NCBI GenBank assembly: GCA_013239625.1 | Contig: MU054166.1 | Location: forward strand, 219,035 to 283,034 | Origin: Lama guanicoe | Taxonomy: Eukaryota | DNA: 64,000 nt | Direction of reading: 5' to 3' | Shown: piece by piece, positions 12,330 to 25,200 of the stretch | Position numbering within the stretch: position 1 is the stretch's first letter | Layout of the letters: each line of letters starts with the position of its first letter | Made by a program: the position numbers and the translations under genes | The notes under the pieces: generated by a model | The model's input: the letters and a program-made list of their open reading frames with translations, nothing else | Told to the model about the DNA's origin: nothing | Database searches by the model: none

Positions 12330-12990
12330 TGATTCAGAAATTTTATTTAACATACACAAATCAATAAATGTGATACCATCCCTTAAATAACAAAGAATTC
12401 AAAAATAACAATCAAAAAATATGTAGGAAAATTATTCACAGTTCTTATCTTAACTTTTTAAAAAAAATTTTAGCAAATTCTTTCTAGATGACTAAACATA
12501 ATACAAGTCGTATGTGAAAAACCCATGAATAACTTCAAGTTTAATGTTCACATACAGGAAGATTTTCCTCTGGTCCAGTAATAAGAGAAAGTAGCTCATT
12601 CTCGCAAGTCCAAAGTTACACTACTAGAAGTTCTAGCCATAAAAACAAGGCAAGAAGAAATATAAAAAGCATTCAACTTGTAAGCAAGCAGTAAAATTTT
12701 TACAGATGACATAATTGTACATAGACAGAAAACTCCATACACTCCCCCAGTGACTGTTAGAAATAATGAACAAAGTTAGTAAACTTGCAGAATACAAAAT
12801 CTATATACAAATATCCATTGCATTTTTATATAGTAACAACACATAATCAGAAAGAGAAATTAGGAAAACAATTGTGTGTACATTTATACCAAAAAGAATA
12901 CAATAGGAATACATTTGATAAGTGAAATAAAAGTTTTAAACATAGATCAATATATTACAGGTGTAAGAAATATAAGTAAATATAATTAAT
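12330..12990 (+). mobile_element. LINE-1 ORF2 (RT) fragment
   Basis: tactagaagttctagcc...tttacagatgacataattgtacatatag...gcagaatacaaaatc (FADD-motif region). Confidence 0.85.
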
Positions 12991-13029
12991 AAACCAAATA
13001 TTGGCCTACTGAATGTATACAATGTGAGG

Positions 13030-13570
13030 AAATACCCTAATCTATCTTTCACTTGTTCAATCTCCCCAGCACTACTTATTGAGGAGAGTCTCTTTTCTTC
13101 ATTTCTTACTCTTGCTTCTGCTTTCATGGGTTAATTGATCACAGGTGTGAGGGATTATATCTGGTTGCTCTATTCTCGTCTACTGATTGGTGTCAGTTTT
13201 TGAGCCAGTATCATGTTGTTTAAGTTACTAAAGCTTTGTAGGAATGCTTAACATCAGAAAATTTTACACTATGATATTTAATACCATTTTCAAGATTATT
13301 TTGGCAACTCAAGATCTTTGTGGTTACGTATAAATTTTGAAATTATTTGTTCTATTTAATGGAAAAATCTCATGTGTATTTTTACATGAATCACAGTAAA
13401 TGTAGATTCCTTTGTGTAGTATGGTTGTTTCAACCACATTGTTTCACATCATTAACATAAGAGGTCTTTTCATTTCTTTGGATCAATTTTAATTTCCTTC
13501 ATCAATGTTTTCAATTTTTTAATATATAGGTTTTCTCCTTATTTGTTAACTTAATTTTTAGTTATTCTTT
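13030..13570 (-). mobile_element. LINE-1 ORF2 fragment
   Basis: Antisense ORF2 text (ccagcactacttattgaggaga, ccagtatcatgttgttt). Confidence 0.8.
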
Positions 13571-13616
13571 ACATATATATAATTATATACTTTATATTTT
13601 TAAACACGTTTCCCAT

Positions 13617-16600
13617 AAAATACAAAAGTCAGAAGGCAGTGGCAAGACATATTCAAAGTCCAGAATGAAGAAAGCTGGTACCTAAGATAATATATCAAGC
13701 AAGTCTACCCTTTAGAATAGAAGGAGAGATAAATAATCTCCACAAAAGCAAATACTTAAAGGATTTAGCAACAGAAAAAGAAATAATGAAACATCTCTAA
13801 AAATAAAGAAGTAGGACGCTATAGAAAGGGGAAATGCATAACTAGAAAGGCAATAGCTAAAATGACTTACAACACAATAAGCATGTTGTTGTAAAACAGG
13901 ACATCAAAATTTTTAAGTGTCAGAGAGTGAAACAGGCAAAACAGAGAATTTTCTCCTTGTTTCTGTTCTCTGTATTATGCGTTTGAATTTGTATTCCTTT
14001 CAGTTAATATAAACAGATATAGTAACGGGTGACTATACATACAAAACAGGGTAACCATAAGTCAAAATCTTATAATGAAGTCACACAGACAGAAAAAAAG
14101 CAAGATAATAAAAGAAAACTTACAAAGCAACAAAAAGAAAAAGAAATGAACAGAAAGGAAATACCAAATCAAATGGAAAATGAAGTTCAAAATGGAAATA
14201 AACACCAGTTTAACAATAATTGTTACAATTGTTAATGGACTTAGTGCTTCAATCAAAAGATGTATATTGTCAAATGGGATAATATCACAAGACCCTACAT
14301 TATGAAGCATAAAAAAGGCCCAATTTAGAAAGAGGAACACACTTCAATTCAAAGCCAGAAGATGGAAAAATATATTCCATACAAATGCACATGACAAGAA
14401 AACAGGACTAGCAGTACTGACTTCACACAAAATAGACTTTATCAGAAGGCCATAGAGAAAGATAAACAAGGACATGATATAATGATTAAAGGAGCCATAC
14501 AAAATGAGGGTAATATACTCATTAATATATATGCACTCAATATAGGAGCACCTAAATAGATAAAGTAAATACTAATATATAAAAAGGGAGAAATCGATAG
14601 GAGCACAATCACATTAGAAGAATATTACTCCCCATTACCATCACTAGACTGGTCTTTCAGACAGAAAATTAATAAGGGAACAAAGATACTAAAAGATATG
14701 ATAAAATAATTGGATTTGGTTGATATTTTCAAAACACTACTCCCCAAAACAGAATATAAATTATTTTCACGTGCACATGGAACATTTTCTAGGAAAGTTT
14801 ATGTACTGAGGCACAAAAGAAGCCTCAACCAATTTAAGAAGATAAAAATTATTTCAATCATCTTTTCTGAGTATAATACCATGAAATTAGAAATCAATCA
14901 CAGAAAAATAGAGAGAAAAATGACAGCATGTAAATTTAAAAACATGGTACTAAAGCAAGGGGGAGATGTGATGAATTAAAAGAAAAAATTTAAAAATATC
15001 TTGAGAAATATGACACAACACTACACAAACTCTATGGAATAAAGTTAAAGCAGGCTTAAGAGGGAAGTTCATAGTGAAAAAGTCCGCCTCAAGGTAGAAG
15101 AGCAATTTCAAAAAATAATCTAACATCCTATTTAAACTAATCATGAAGAGAAGAGCAAACAAAACCAAAAATGAGCAGAAAGTGGGAAAATAAAGATCAA
15201 GGGAGAAAGAATTGAAGTAAAGATTAAAAAATAGAAAAAATCAATCAAACTGTTTCTTGAAATAGTCAACAAATCTGACAAAACTCAGTACAGGCTCACC
15301 AACATGTAAACATGAAAAGAGAAAGAACACAAATGACATAAGAAATGAAAATGGGGAAAATACAAAGAGTACATGAAATTTGCAAAATATCTTTAGGGAA
15401 TGCCATGAGCAACTGCATGGAAACAAACTGGAAAACCTAGAAGAAATGGAGAAGTTTCAGGAAACATTCAGCCCACCATTGTTGCATCAAGAAGAAACTG
15501 AACATTTGAATAGACAGATCACAAGAAATGGAATAGTATTATCAATAAAATAAAAACTCTGCAAACAAAAATTCAGACCCAAATAGCTTCAGTGGGGAAT
15601 TTGACAAAACATACAAAGGAAAATCCATACCAGTCCTCCTCAAACACTTCCAAAAGTTTGATATGGAGAGAGTACACCCAAACTCACACCATAAGGCCAA
15701 CATCAACCTGATAACAAAACCAAAGACACTACCTAAAAAGAAAACTATAGGCCAATATCATTGATAAACATAGATGTAAATGTCATTAAGAAATTATTAA
15801 CAAACAGAATCCAACAGCATGTAAAAAATATCATACACCATGATCAAATTTGGTTCATCCCAGGAACACAATAATGGTGTAACATATGCAAATCAATCAA
15901 TCAATTGTGATACACCATATCAAAAAAGAGAGGACAAAAAACCACATGATAATCTCAGTAGGCGAAGAAAAAACATTTGAAAACATTAAACACCTATCTG
16001 CAAAAAAAGTTCTTATCACAGTGTGTACAGAGGGACCATATCTCAACATAATAATAGCTATTTATGACAAATATATAGCCAGCAAAATACTCAATGGTGA
16101 AAAACTGAAACCTTTCTCACAAAAACCTGAGACAAGACAAGGTTGCCCATTCTCACAAACACAATTTCAATTCAATAGAGACTTGGAAGTCTTAGCCACA
16201 ACCATCAGGCAAGAAAATTTGATTTCCTATCAAATTATGCAAAACATTTCTTTTTAGGTCTGAAACAAATCATCCCAAAATTTACATAGACTCATAAAAA
16301 ATCCATAGTTTCCAAAGCAATATTGAAGCAAAAGAAAGAGGCTGGAGGAATAACCCATCAGTTCTCCATACAATATTGCAGAGCTACAATAATGAAAATG
16401 ACATGATATTGGTACAGAAACAGGCATATGGACCATTGGAACAGATTAGAGAGCCTAGGAATGAATCTAAAGGCCTATGTTCAATTAAGATTTGACAGAG
16501 TAGCCAGTAATATGACAGAGAAAAAACATCTCTTCACCAACTGGTGGGAAAACTGGATAGGAGCATGCAGAGCAATGGAGTTAGAACAATCCTTCAATCC

Positions 16601-17905
16601 ATACACAAGAATAAACACAAAATTGCTTGAAGACTTAAATATAAGCAAGACACAGTAAATCTCCTAGAAGGAAATATAGGCAAAACACTCTGAGATAAAT
16701 CTCAGCAATCATCTCCTAGAATAGACTATCCAGGGAAGGGATGTAAGATCAAAATTAATAAATAGGACCTAATAAAACTTATAAGCTTTTGCACAGCAAA
16801 TGGAACCATAAACAAATTAAAATGACAACCTACAGGATTAAAGAAAATATTAAGAAGTGATGCAACTGACAAAGTCTTAATTTCCAAAATATAAAGACTC
16901 CATACAACCTAATAATAATAAAAAAAATCAAGAAACCCAATCTGAAAATATGCAGAAGCCCTAAACAAGCAATTCTCCAATAGAGACATTCAAATGACAC
17001 ACAGATATATGAAAAAAAATGCTCACTATCATTATCAGAAAAGGGCAATTCAAAACTATAATGAAGTATCAATTCACAGTAGTCACAATGGTCATCATTC
17101 AAAAGTCCACAAACAATAAATGCTGGGGAAGCTGTGGAGAAAGGGAAACTTCCTACACTGTTGGTAGGAATGAAGTTTGATTCAGTCATTTTGGAAACCA
17201 GGATGGAGATTCCTCTAATGTATAAAAATAAACTTAACATACGATCCAGCAATCCCACTTCTGGGTATATATCAAAAGGAACCCTATTTCAAAAAGACAC
17301 CTGAACTCCAATGTCCTTAGCAGTGCTGTATACAAAAGCCACAACATGGAAGCAACCCAATTGTCCAACAACAGATGACAGTATACAGAAGTTANNNNNN
17401 NNNNNNNNNNNNNNNNNNNNNNNNNNNNNNNNNNNNNNNNNNNATGACATTTGAAATGAATGTCCTCCAAAAGTGTCATTCTAATTGAAGTAAGCCAGAA
17501 AAAGAAAGAAATATAATACAAGACATTATATATGAAGAAGCTTAAAAAATATATTTGGAAGAGAACACTGTTATTTCATCTAGAAAACTGAAACACACTC
17601 GCAGATCTGCTAAACAATTTTATGACTACTGTGAAAAGGGGCTGCAAGAGGGTATATTTGAGAGCTATAGACTTATAAATGTTATCCACTATATATAAAA
17701 ATAGACGTTTTCAAAATTTCTTTTGTATGACACAGGGCAGTATGTTAAATACTGTGAAGTAATGTTTTATAGGCACAGAAATATATGCATGTAAGGGGAC
17801 ACTATGCTATACACCACAGATTGACACATTGTAAATGGCATATTTCAATGATAAATAAATGAATAAACAGGTAAATAAATACATAAATAACATTTAATAA
17901 TAAAA
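13617..17905 (+). mobile_element. 5'-truncated LINE-1 (ORF1 C-terminus, ORF2 EN/RT, 3'UTR, A-rich tail)
   Basis: ORFs 14710, 15886 and 16428 give L1 ORF2 peptides (HGTFSRK..LRHKRSLNQFKKIKII; NGEKLKPF..RQGCPFS); (AATA)n tail at ~17850-17905. Confidence 0.93.
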
Positions 17906-17909
17906 GAAT

Positions 17910-18767
17910 TACAAATATTCATACTGCTAAAATTTACACATCAAGAATCTAGGAGAAAACAGAAAGAATAAAGAAGAAAATTGAACTACTGAGAGTAAGG
18001 CAAATAACAAGAGAAACAATTGAAAAGATAAAAAAATACCAAAGTCTGTTTCTTTAAACATAAAGATGACAAATGCTTATGTTGGTTAAGAAAATAAAAA
18101 CTCAAATAAAATTAGAAATAATAGAGACGATATAACCACTGATGTTGTAGAGATGCATAGCATCATAAGAAATTAACACTAGCCAACGATTTGAATGACC
18201 TAGAACAAAAGACAAATTCTCAGAAACATGTCTTCCAATACTGAATAAAGAAGAAATTAGAAAGTTAAATAGAGGAAAAGTGTGTATGAGTAAATCAGTA
18301 ATAAAACCCCCCAGAAAAAAATTTCAAGATGACTTTCCTGGCGAATTCTGTCATATATTTGAAGACAATTTTTCACAAATTCTTCCAAAAGTCTTCCAAG
18401 AATTTGAAGGGGGTGAAAGATTCCAAACTTGTTTTATGATGTCAGCTGTATTTGGATAAAAATGCTAGAAAGGACATTAGATGTAAAATATTGATTATTA
18501 TCCCTGAGGAAAATATGTGCCAAAATTCTCAACAAAACATAAGCAAAATGAATTCAACAACACTTTTATTGTATCATATACTTAAATGACTAAAGGGATT
18601 AATCCCTGGGTTTAAGGATAGTTCAAAATATTCAAATCAATAAAGGTGACATGCCACACTAATGGAATGAGAAATAAAACTCACATAATCATTTCAATAA
18701 GTGCAAAAAAAGCATTGTATATAATGCAACATACTTTTAAGATACTCCTAAAAAATTAAATTAACCC
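17910..18767 (+). mobile_element. LINE-1 ORF2 fragment
   Basis: caaaattctcaacaaaac...aattcaacaacac...tcaaatcaataaaggtgac. Confidence 0.8.
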
Positions 18768-19220
18768 TGTCAGTGGCACGATATCATATACACACAAACA
18801 CGGTGTGGAGAGCAGCGGAGCAGTTCTCTTTTTATTGATTCTTAGAAAAAGGGTTTATATAGGACTTGCAAAATGCCTCACATAACATCTAAGTTATAAC
18901 AATGTTAATAATCTTAAACTATTTATGTCCTCATTCTCCTGCAGTAAGCACAGGATGTTAAATGATTAAGGATTGCTTTAAAGTTCATCACAGAACTTCA
19001 TTAATTAGGCCATCTCTTATCCAGCTGTCTGTGCCTGTCTTAGGTTGTCCTCCTCTGAGGATCTTACCCAGCATAGGCCATAGAGCCATCCATACTAGAT
19101 ACAATGAGCAGGCCATTTCTTATCCAGCCTGAATATGTGATATTCCTCACAGCTTGTTTATCAGTTCAGCCCATGGGCTCATTCTCTAGAGTCTTCAGAC
19201 AGGAGCCTAAAAATCCAACA
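18768..19220 (-). mobile_element. Solo LTR, 453 bp, ERV1-like
   Basis: TGT...ACA termini; minus-strand TATATAAA (18854-61) followed by AATAAA (18831-36); imperfect 4-bp flanks accc/tccc. Family assignment is inferred. Confidence 0.75.
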
Positions 19221-19274
19221 TCCCTTGACAGAAAAATGGATGAAGAAAATTTGATGTATATATGCAATGGAATC

Positions 19275-22200
19275 AATACTTTGCATTCTTATCAACAGTG
19301 TCCACGGTGTTACTTTTTCTCCACAATCTCACCAACATTTATTACTTTTCTTTTTGATGAGAACCTTCTGACAAGTGTGAGGTCTTGTCTCATTTTTGGT
19401 TTATGACTTTCCTTATAATTTATAACTCTGAACATATTTTCATGTGTCATTTAGCCAACTCTTTGTTTTCTACAGATAATTGTTTCAGATCTATCTATTC
19501 AGTTCCTACGGACATTTTTTTAATTGGAATATTTGGCCTTTTTTGTTGTTGTTGTGGGGTAAGAGTTTGACATATATTTGGATATTAACACTTGATTGGA
19601 AAATATCACTTGCAAATATATTCTCCTTTATGTTGGTTGACATTTCATTATATTGATATTTTCTTCTGCAGTGTAAATCTGTTTAGAGTGATACAATCAA
19701 ATTTTGTTAGATTTGCTTCTGCTTCCCTTGCCAGAGGAGACATACGTACAATCAACTTAAGTCCATTGTCAGAGTGTACTTCTATTGTTTTACTCTAGGA
19801 TTCTTTGTTTTCAGGTTTTATGCTTTATATGCCCAGGAGTGGGATTTCTTTGTCATATGATAGGTCTATTTTAATTATTTAAAGGAACTTCCATACTGCT
19901 TCTAAAGTGCTTGCACCAATTTCCATTTCCACCAACAGCGTTGGAGTGTCCCTTTTTCTCCACAACTTCCCCAGTTTTTATTATTATTTGTAGACAATTG
20001 GATGACAGCCCTTCTCACTAGTGTGAGGTAAACCATTAATTTTGTCTTGCATTTGTATAATGATTAGCTATGTAAGCATGTTTTTATGTTTCTGATTGTC
20101 ATCTGTGTGTCTTATTTAGAGAATTGCCTTCTGCTCATTTTCTGGCTGAGTTTGTAGATTTTTGAAATGGAGTTGTATGAACAATTTGTGTATTTTAGAA
20201 ATTAGCCTCTTGTTGATTGCATAGTTTCTTAATCTTTTCTCCCGTTTGGAATTTTATGTTTCCATATTGTTTATTTTGGTGTGTAGAAGGTTTTAAGTTT
20301 AATTAGGATCTATTTGTTTATTTTGCTTTTATAGTTTTCAGCTTGGGAGTTTGAAATAAGAAAGTTTCGCTACAATTTATGTCTTGTTTTGACTTTTTGA
20401 GATTCCAGTAGTTTTATTGTGTCATGTATTACATTCAGATATTTAAAACATTTTGAGTTTATTTTTGTACAGTGTGAGGGAGTATTCTAATTTCATTGAT
20501 TTACATGTAGCTGTCTAGCTTTCTCAACATCACTTGCTTAAAACTTTCTTTTAGGCTTTGTATATTTTTTTCCTTTTTCATAGTTTATTTGACCATAGAT
20601 GTGATGTTTTATTTCTGCCTCTGTGTTCTCTTCCAGTGATATAGATGTTTGTTTGTTTTCCAGTATTGTACTGTTTTGATTGCTGTTTTTGTAATATATT
20701 CTGTGATCTGTGAGGGTTATGGGTTATGACTCCATCTTTGTTCTTTTTCCTCATTGTTACTTTTGCAGTTCTGGTAATTTTGCAGTTCCATACAAATCTT
20801 AGGACTGTTTTAATTTCTGTGGAAAATATCATGTAGATCGATCTGAATCACTTTATATCTGTAGACATCTTTTGTATTATGTATATTTTAACAATATTAA
20901 TTCCTCTAAACTAAGACCTTCAGATTTCTTTCCATTTATTTGCATCATTTATAAATTTTTATCAGTGTCCTATAGATTTTATTATCTTGGTTTTTTCATT
21001 GGTTTTTCATTTTTGATCTGATATCATATGGATTTTTTAAAATTATGGAACATTTCATTGTTAGCGTAAAGAAATCTGACTGTTTTTGTATATTAATCAT
21101 GAATCATACTACTTTGCTAAATGTATTTATTAGTTTTAGTTGTTTTGGTGTGGAGAATCTGTAGGGATATCTATATAGATTATCATGCCATCAAAAATAA
21201 CAGTTTTACTTCATTCAGTCCAAGCTGAATATCTTTTTTCTTGTCCATTGCTTTTGCTAGAGAATTACCATACTGTGTTTAATATAAATGGTGAGAGTGG
21301 GCATCCTTTTCTTATTCCTTAATTTGACTTTCAGTTATTAACTTTTGCATATTATGTTGTCTGTGTATCTGTTATTAATGACTTTAGTTAGGTTGAGATA
21401 TATTTCCTGAATCCTACTTTGGTAAGAGGTTTCTGTTTTTGCTGTTTTGTCTGTTGTTTTTTTTGTGCTGTTGTTGTTGCTATTTTAATTAATAAAAGGT
21501 GAAGTTTGTGAAATGATTTTTATGGATTTATTGGGATGACCACGTCACTTTCCCTGTTTCTTTTTTTAATGTGCTGAATCCAACTGATTGATTTCATGTA
21601 TGTTCCACCTCTCTTATGACCCTGCAGTGAATTAAAGTTGATCATGCTGTATAATTCATTTTAGGTATGGCTGGATTTTGTTTGGTAATAATATTTTGTA
21701 GAATTTTTGCATCTATATCAATCAAAGATTTTGGCTTGAAATTCTCTTTGCCTGTACTTTGTTTGTTGGCTTTGCTATCAGGGTGATGAAAGCTTCATAG
21801 AATTAATTTGTGAGTTTCCCACATCTTCACCAGTTTTGAATAGTTTGAAGAGTATAAGTTCTGCTTTGTATTTTTGTACAATTTTCCATGGGAGATGTGT
21901 AAATCTGTACTCCTATTTAACGATTTTTTAAATGCAGATTCTTTCTTTGTTGTAGTAAACAGTTTGATCAAATTACATGTTTCTCCTTATCCCTGTCTCT
22001 TTCTAGACATTTGTCTATTTCTTCTAAGTTGTCCAGTTTACTGGCATGTAAGTGTTGACAAAATAATCCCTTCTTTATATATCTGAGGGAACAATTGTTA
22101 TTTCTCCACATTTATTTCTGACTTTTTTTCTTTGGAGCATCTCTCTTTTCTTCATGATGCACCTGGCTAGAGGCTTTTTGATTTTGCTTATCTTAAAAAG

Positions 22201-22280
22201 AAACCAAAACAAAATTTTTGGTTTGACTATTCTTTTGCATAGTTGTTATTCTCTCCAATATATATTAACACTGTTAATGG
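19275..22280 (-). mobile_element. Stacked LINE-1 ORF2 and 3' fragments
   Basis: ORF 20578-20832 (IFSTEIK..LRFVWNCK..AKVTMRKKNKDGVIT) is L1 ORF2; (TTG)n at ~21435-21480. Confidence 0.85.
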
Positions 22281-22287
22281 GTCATGT

Positions 22288-25200
22288 TTTTTTCTTTTTT
22301 CACTTTTTTTATTGATTTTTATTCATTTTAAAAGGTTGTCTCAAATTCCATTGTAGAGCACAATTTTTTAGTTACAATGAACATATATACATTTGTTGTC
22401 CCATTTTATCCCCTGTGAGCTGCCGTATGATCTTTGATGTATTTCCCTGTGCTATACAGTACAATCCTGTTTATCTATGTTACAATTTTGATCTCCCAGC
22501 CTATCTCTTCCCACACCCAACCCTCTTGGCAACCAAAACTTTGTATACTCGGCCTACGAGTCTATGTCTGTTTTGTATTCATGCGTTTTTTGTTTGGTTT
22601 AATTTTGTTTTTAAATTCCACTCATGAGCCTTCTCATATGGTATTTTTTTTTTCTATTTCTGGCTTACTTCACATAGACTGATTTTCTCCAAGAGCATCC
22701 ATGTGGCTGAAAATGGCAATATGTTGTCACTTGATAAGACTACTATTCCATTGCATAAATATACCAACTCTTCTTTATCTAGTCAACTGTTGATGGGCAT
22801 TTAGGCTGTTTCCTTGTCTTGGCTATTGTAAATAATGTTGGCTATTACATTGGGATGCAGGTGTCATCCTAATGTAGGGTTCCTTCTGGATTTATGCCCA
22901 GGAGCGTGATTCTTGGGTTATATGATAAGTCTATTCCTAGGATTTTGAGGAATCTACATCCTGTTTTCCACAGTGGCTGCACCAAACTGCATTGCCACCA
23001 GCAGTGAAGGAGGGTTCCCTTTATTCCACAGCCTCTCCAGCATTTGTCATTTGTGGATTTTTGAATGATGGCCATTCTGAACGGTGTGAGGTGATACCTC
23101 ATTGCAGTTTTGATTTGCATTTCTCTGATAATAAGTGATATTGAGCATTTTCTGATGTGCCTTTTGATCATTTGTATGTCTTCCTTGGAGAATCGCTTGT
23201 TTAGGTCTTCTGCCCAATTTTGGATTGGGTATATTTTTTCTTATTCAGTTGGATGAGCTTCTTATATACTCTGGAGATCAAATCTATGACAGTTTCATAT
23301 GCAAATATTTTTCCCATTCCGTATGTTGTCTTTTTGTTTTACTTCCAGTTTCGTTACTGTGCAGAAGCTTGTAAATTTCATTAGGTCTCATTGGTTTTTT
23401 CTTGCTTTTATTTCTTCCCCGAGAAGTTTTTCGACACCTTTGTCAGATAACATTTACCGTATATTTTCCTCTTGGTGGTTTATTGTATCTTGTCTTATGT
23501 TTAAGTCTTTGATCCAGACTGAGTTTATTTTTGTGTATGTTGTTTTAGCTTCATTGGGAGTGTTCTAGCTTCATTGAATTACATGCTGCTGTCCAGTTTT
23601 CCAAGCACCAGTTGCTAAAGAGCCAATCTCTTTTCTATTGTAATTTCTTGCCTCCTTTTTCTAAGATTAATTTACCAAACGTTTTTGGGTTCATATCTGG
23701 GCTCTCTATTCTGTGCCATTGGCCTATATGTATGTTTATCTTCCAATACAGTGCTGTCATGTTGACTGTTGCTCTATAGTATTATCTGAATCATTAGCGT
23801 TAAGAAATGCCACTGATATTTGCACCTTAATCTTGTAACATGCTACCTTGCTAAATTATATGATCAGCAGTAGAAAATTAATTCTGGATATTGTAGGGAT
23901 TTTAATAAATAGTAAAATATTATCTGCATATATTTAGACTTTTATTTCTTCCTTTCCAATTTGCATCCCTTTTTCATCTCTTTCTTATTTGATTGCTGTG
24001 GCTAGGACTTCCAAGTATATCTTGAGTATGATTCATGGTAGTGTGCATCCTTTTACTGTCCCAGATTTTAGTAGGATGAATTTGACTTTCTCACCTTTGA
24101 GTACTATGCTGGCTGTAGGTTTGTTATCTATAGCTTTCATGATCCTGAGATATATTCCCTCTATGCCCACAAGGTGAGAATTTTTATCATATGTGTGTGT
24201 TGAATTTTATCAAATGCTTTTCCTGCATCTATTGAGATGATCATGCGGTTTTGGTCCTTTCTCTTGTTGATGTGCTGTGTTACATTGATAGATTTTCATA
24301 AGTTGAACCACCCTTGTATCCCTGGCATGATCCCCAATTGGTCATGATATATAATCTTTTTTCTATGTTGTTGGATTCTATTTGCTACTATTTTGGTGAG
24401 GATTTTGATGTCTGTGTTCATCAGTGATATTGGCCTATAATCCTCTTTTTTGGTAGTGCCTTTGCCTGGTTGTGGTATCAGGGTGATTGTGGCTTCATAT
24501 AATGTTTTTGGGAGTATTCCTTCCTTTTCAATCTTCTGGAAGAGTTTGAGAAGAACTGGTATGAGTTTTTCTTTGGTTGTTTTGTAGAATTCTTCCATGA
24601 ATCAATCCGGTCCTGGACAGTTATTTGTAGGGAGTTTTCATATTGCTATTTTGATTTCATTTCTAGTGCTCTGTTTGTTCAAGGGGTCAGTTTCTTCTTG
24701 ATTCAGTCTTGGTGGACAGTGTCTTTCCAGAAACTTGTCCATCTCTTCTATACAGTTTGGTACCATACAGTCTTCATAATATTCTGATATGATATTCTGT
24801 ATTTCTTTTTTTTGTGCAATTTCTCCATTCTCCTTTCTTATTTTGCTAATTTGTGCTCTCTCTCTTTTCTTCTTTTTGAGTTTGGCCAGAGGTTCATCGA
24901 TTTTAATTACTTTTTGGAAAAACCAGTTTTTGGATTGGTTGACTTTTTTCCTATGGTCTTTTTAACCCCTATTTTATTTATTTCCTCCCCAATATTGATG
25001 ATTTCCTTCCTTCCACTGCTTTTTTGTTTTGTTTGTTTTTTTTTTTTTTGCTTTTTTTTTATTGTTTTTTGAATTCATTCTGCTGGTGGGTTAAATTGTG
25101 CATTTTTGTTTGTTCTTCTTTTTTGAGGAAAGCCTGTATCACTATAAACTACCCTCTCAGCACTCCTTTTGCTGTGTCCCATAAATTTTGTGGGATTTTG

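Noticed and set aside
19104..19406. ORF with a long peptide identical to ORF 53205-53438
   Set aside because: The identity comes from the 184-bp near-identical DNA tract over an LTR/L1 junction, not from coding constraint.
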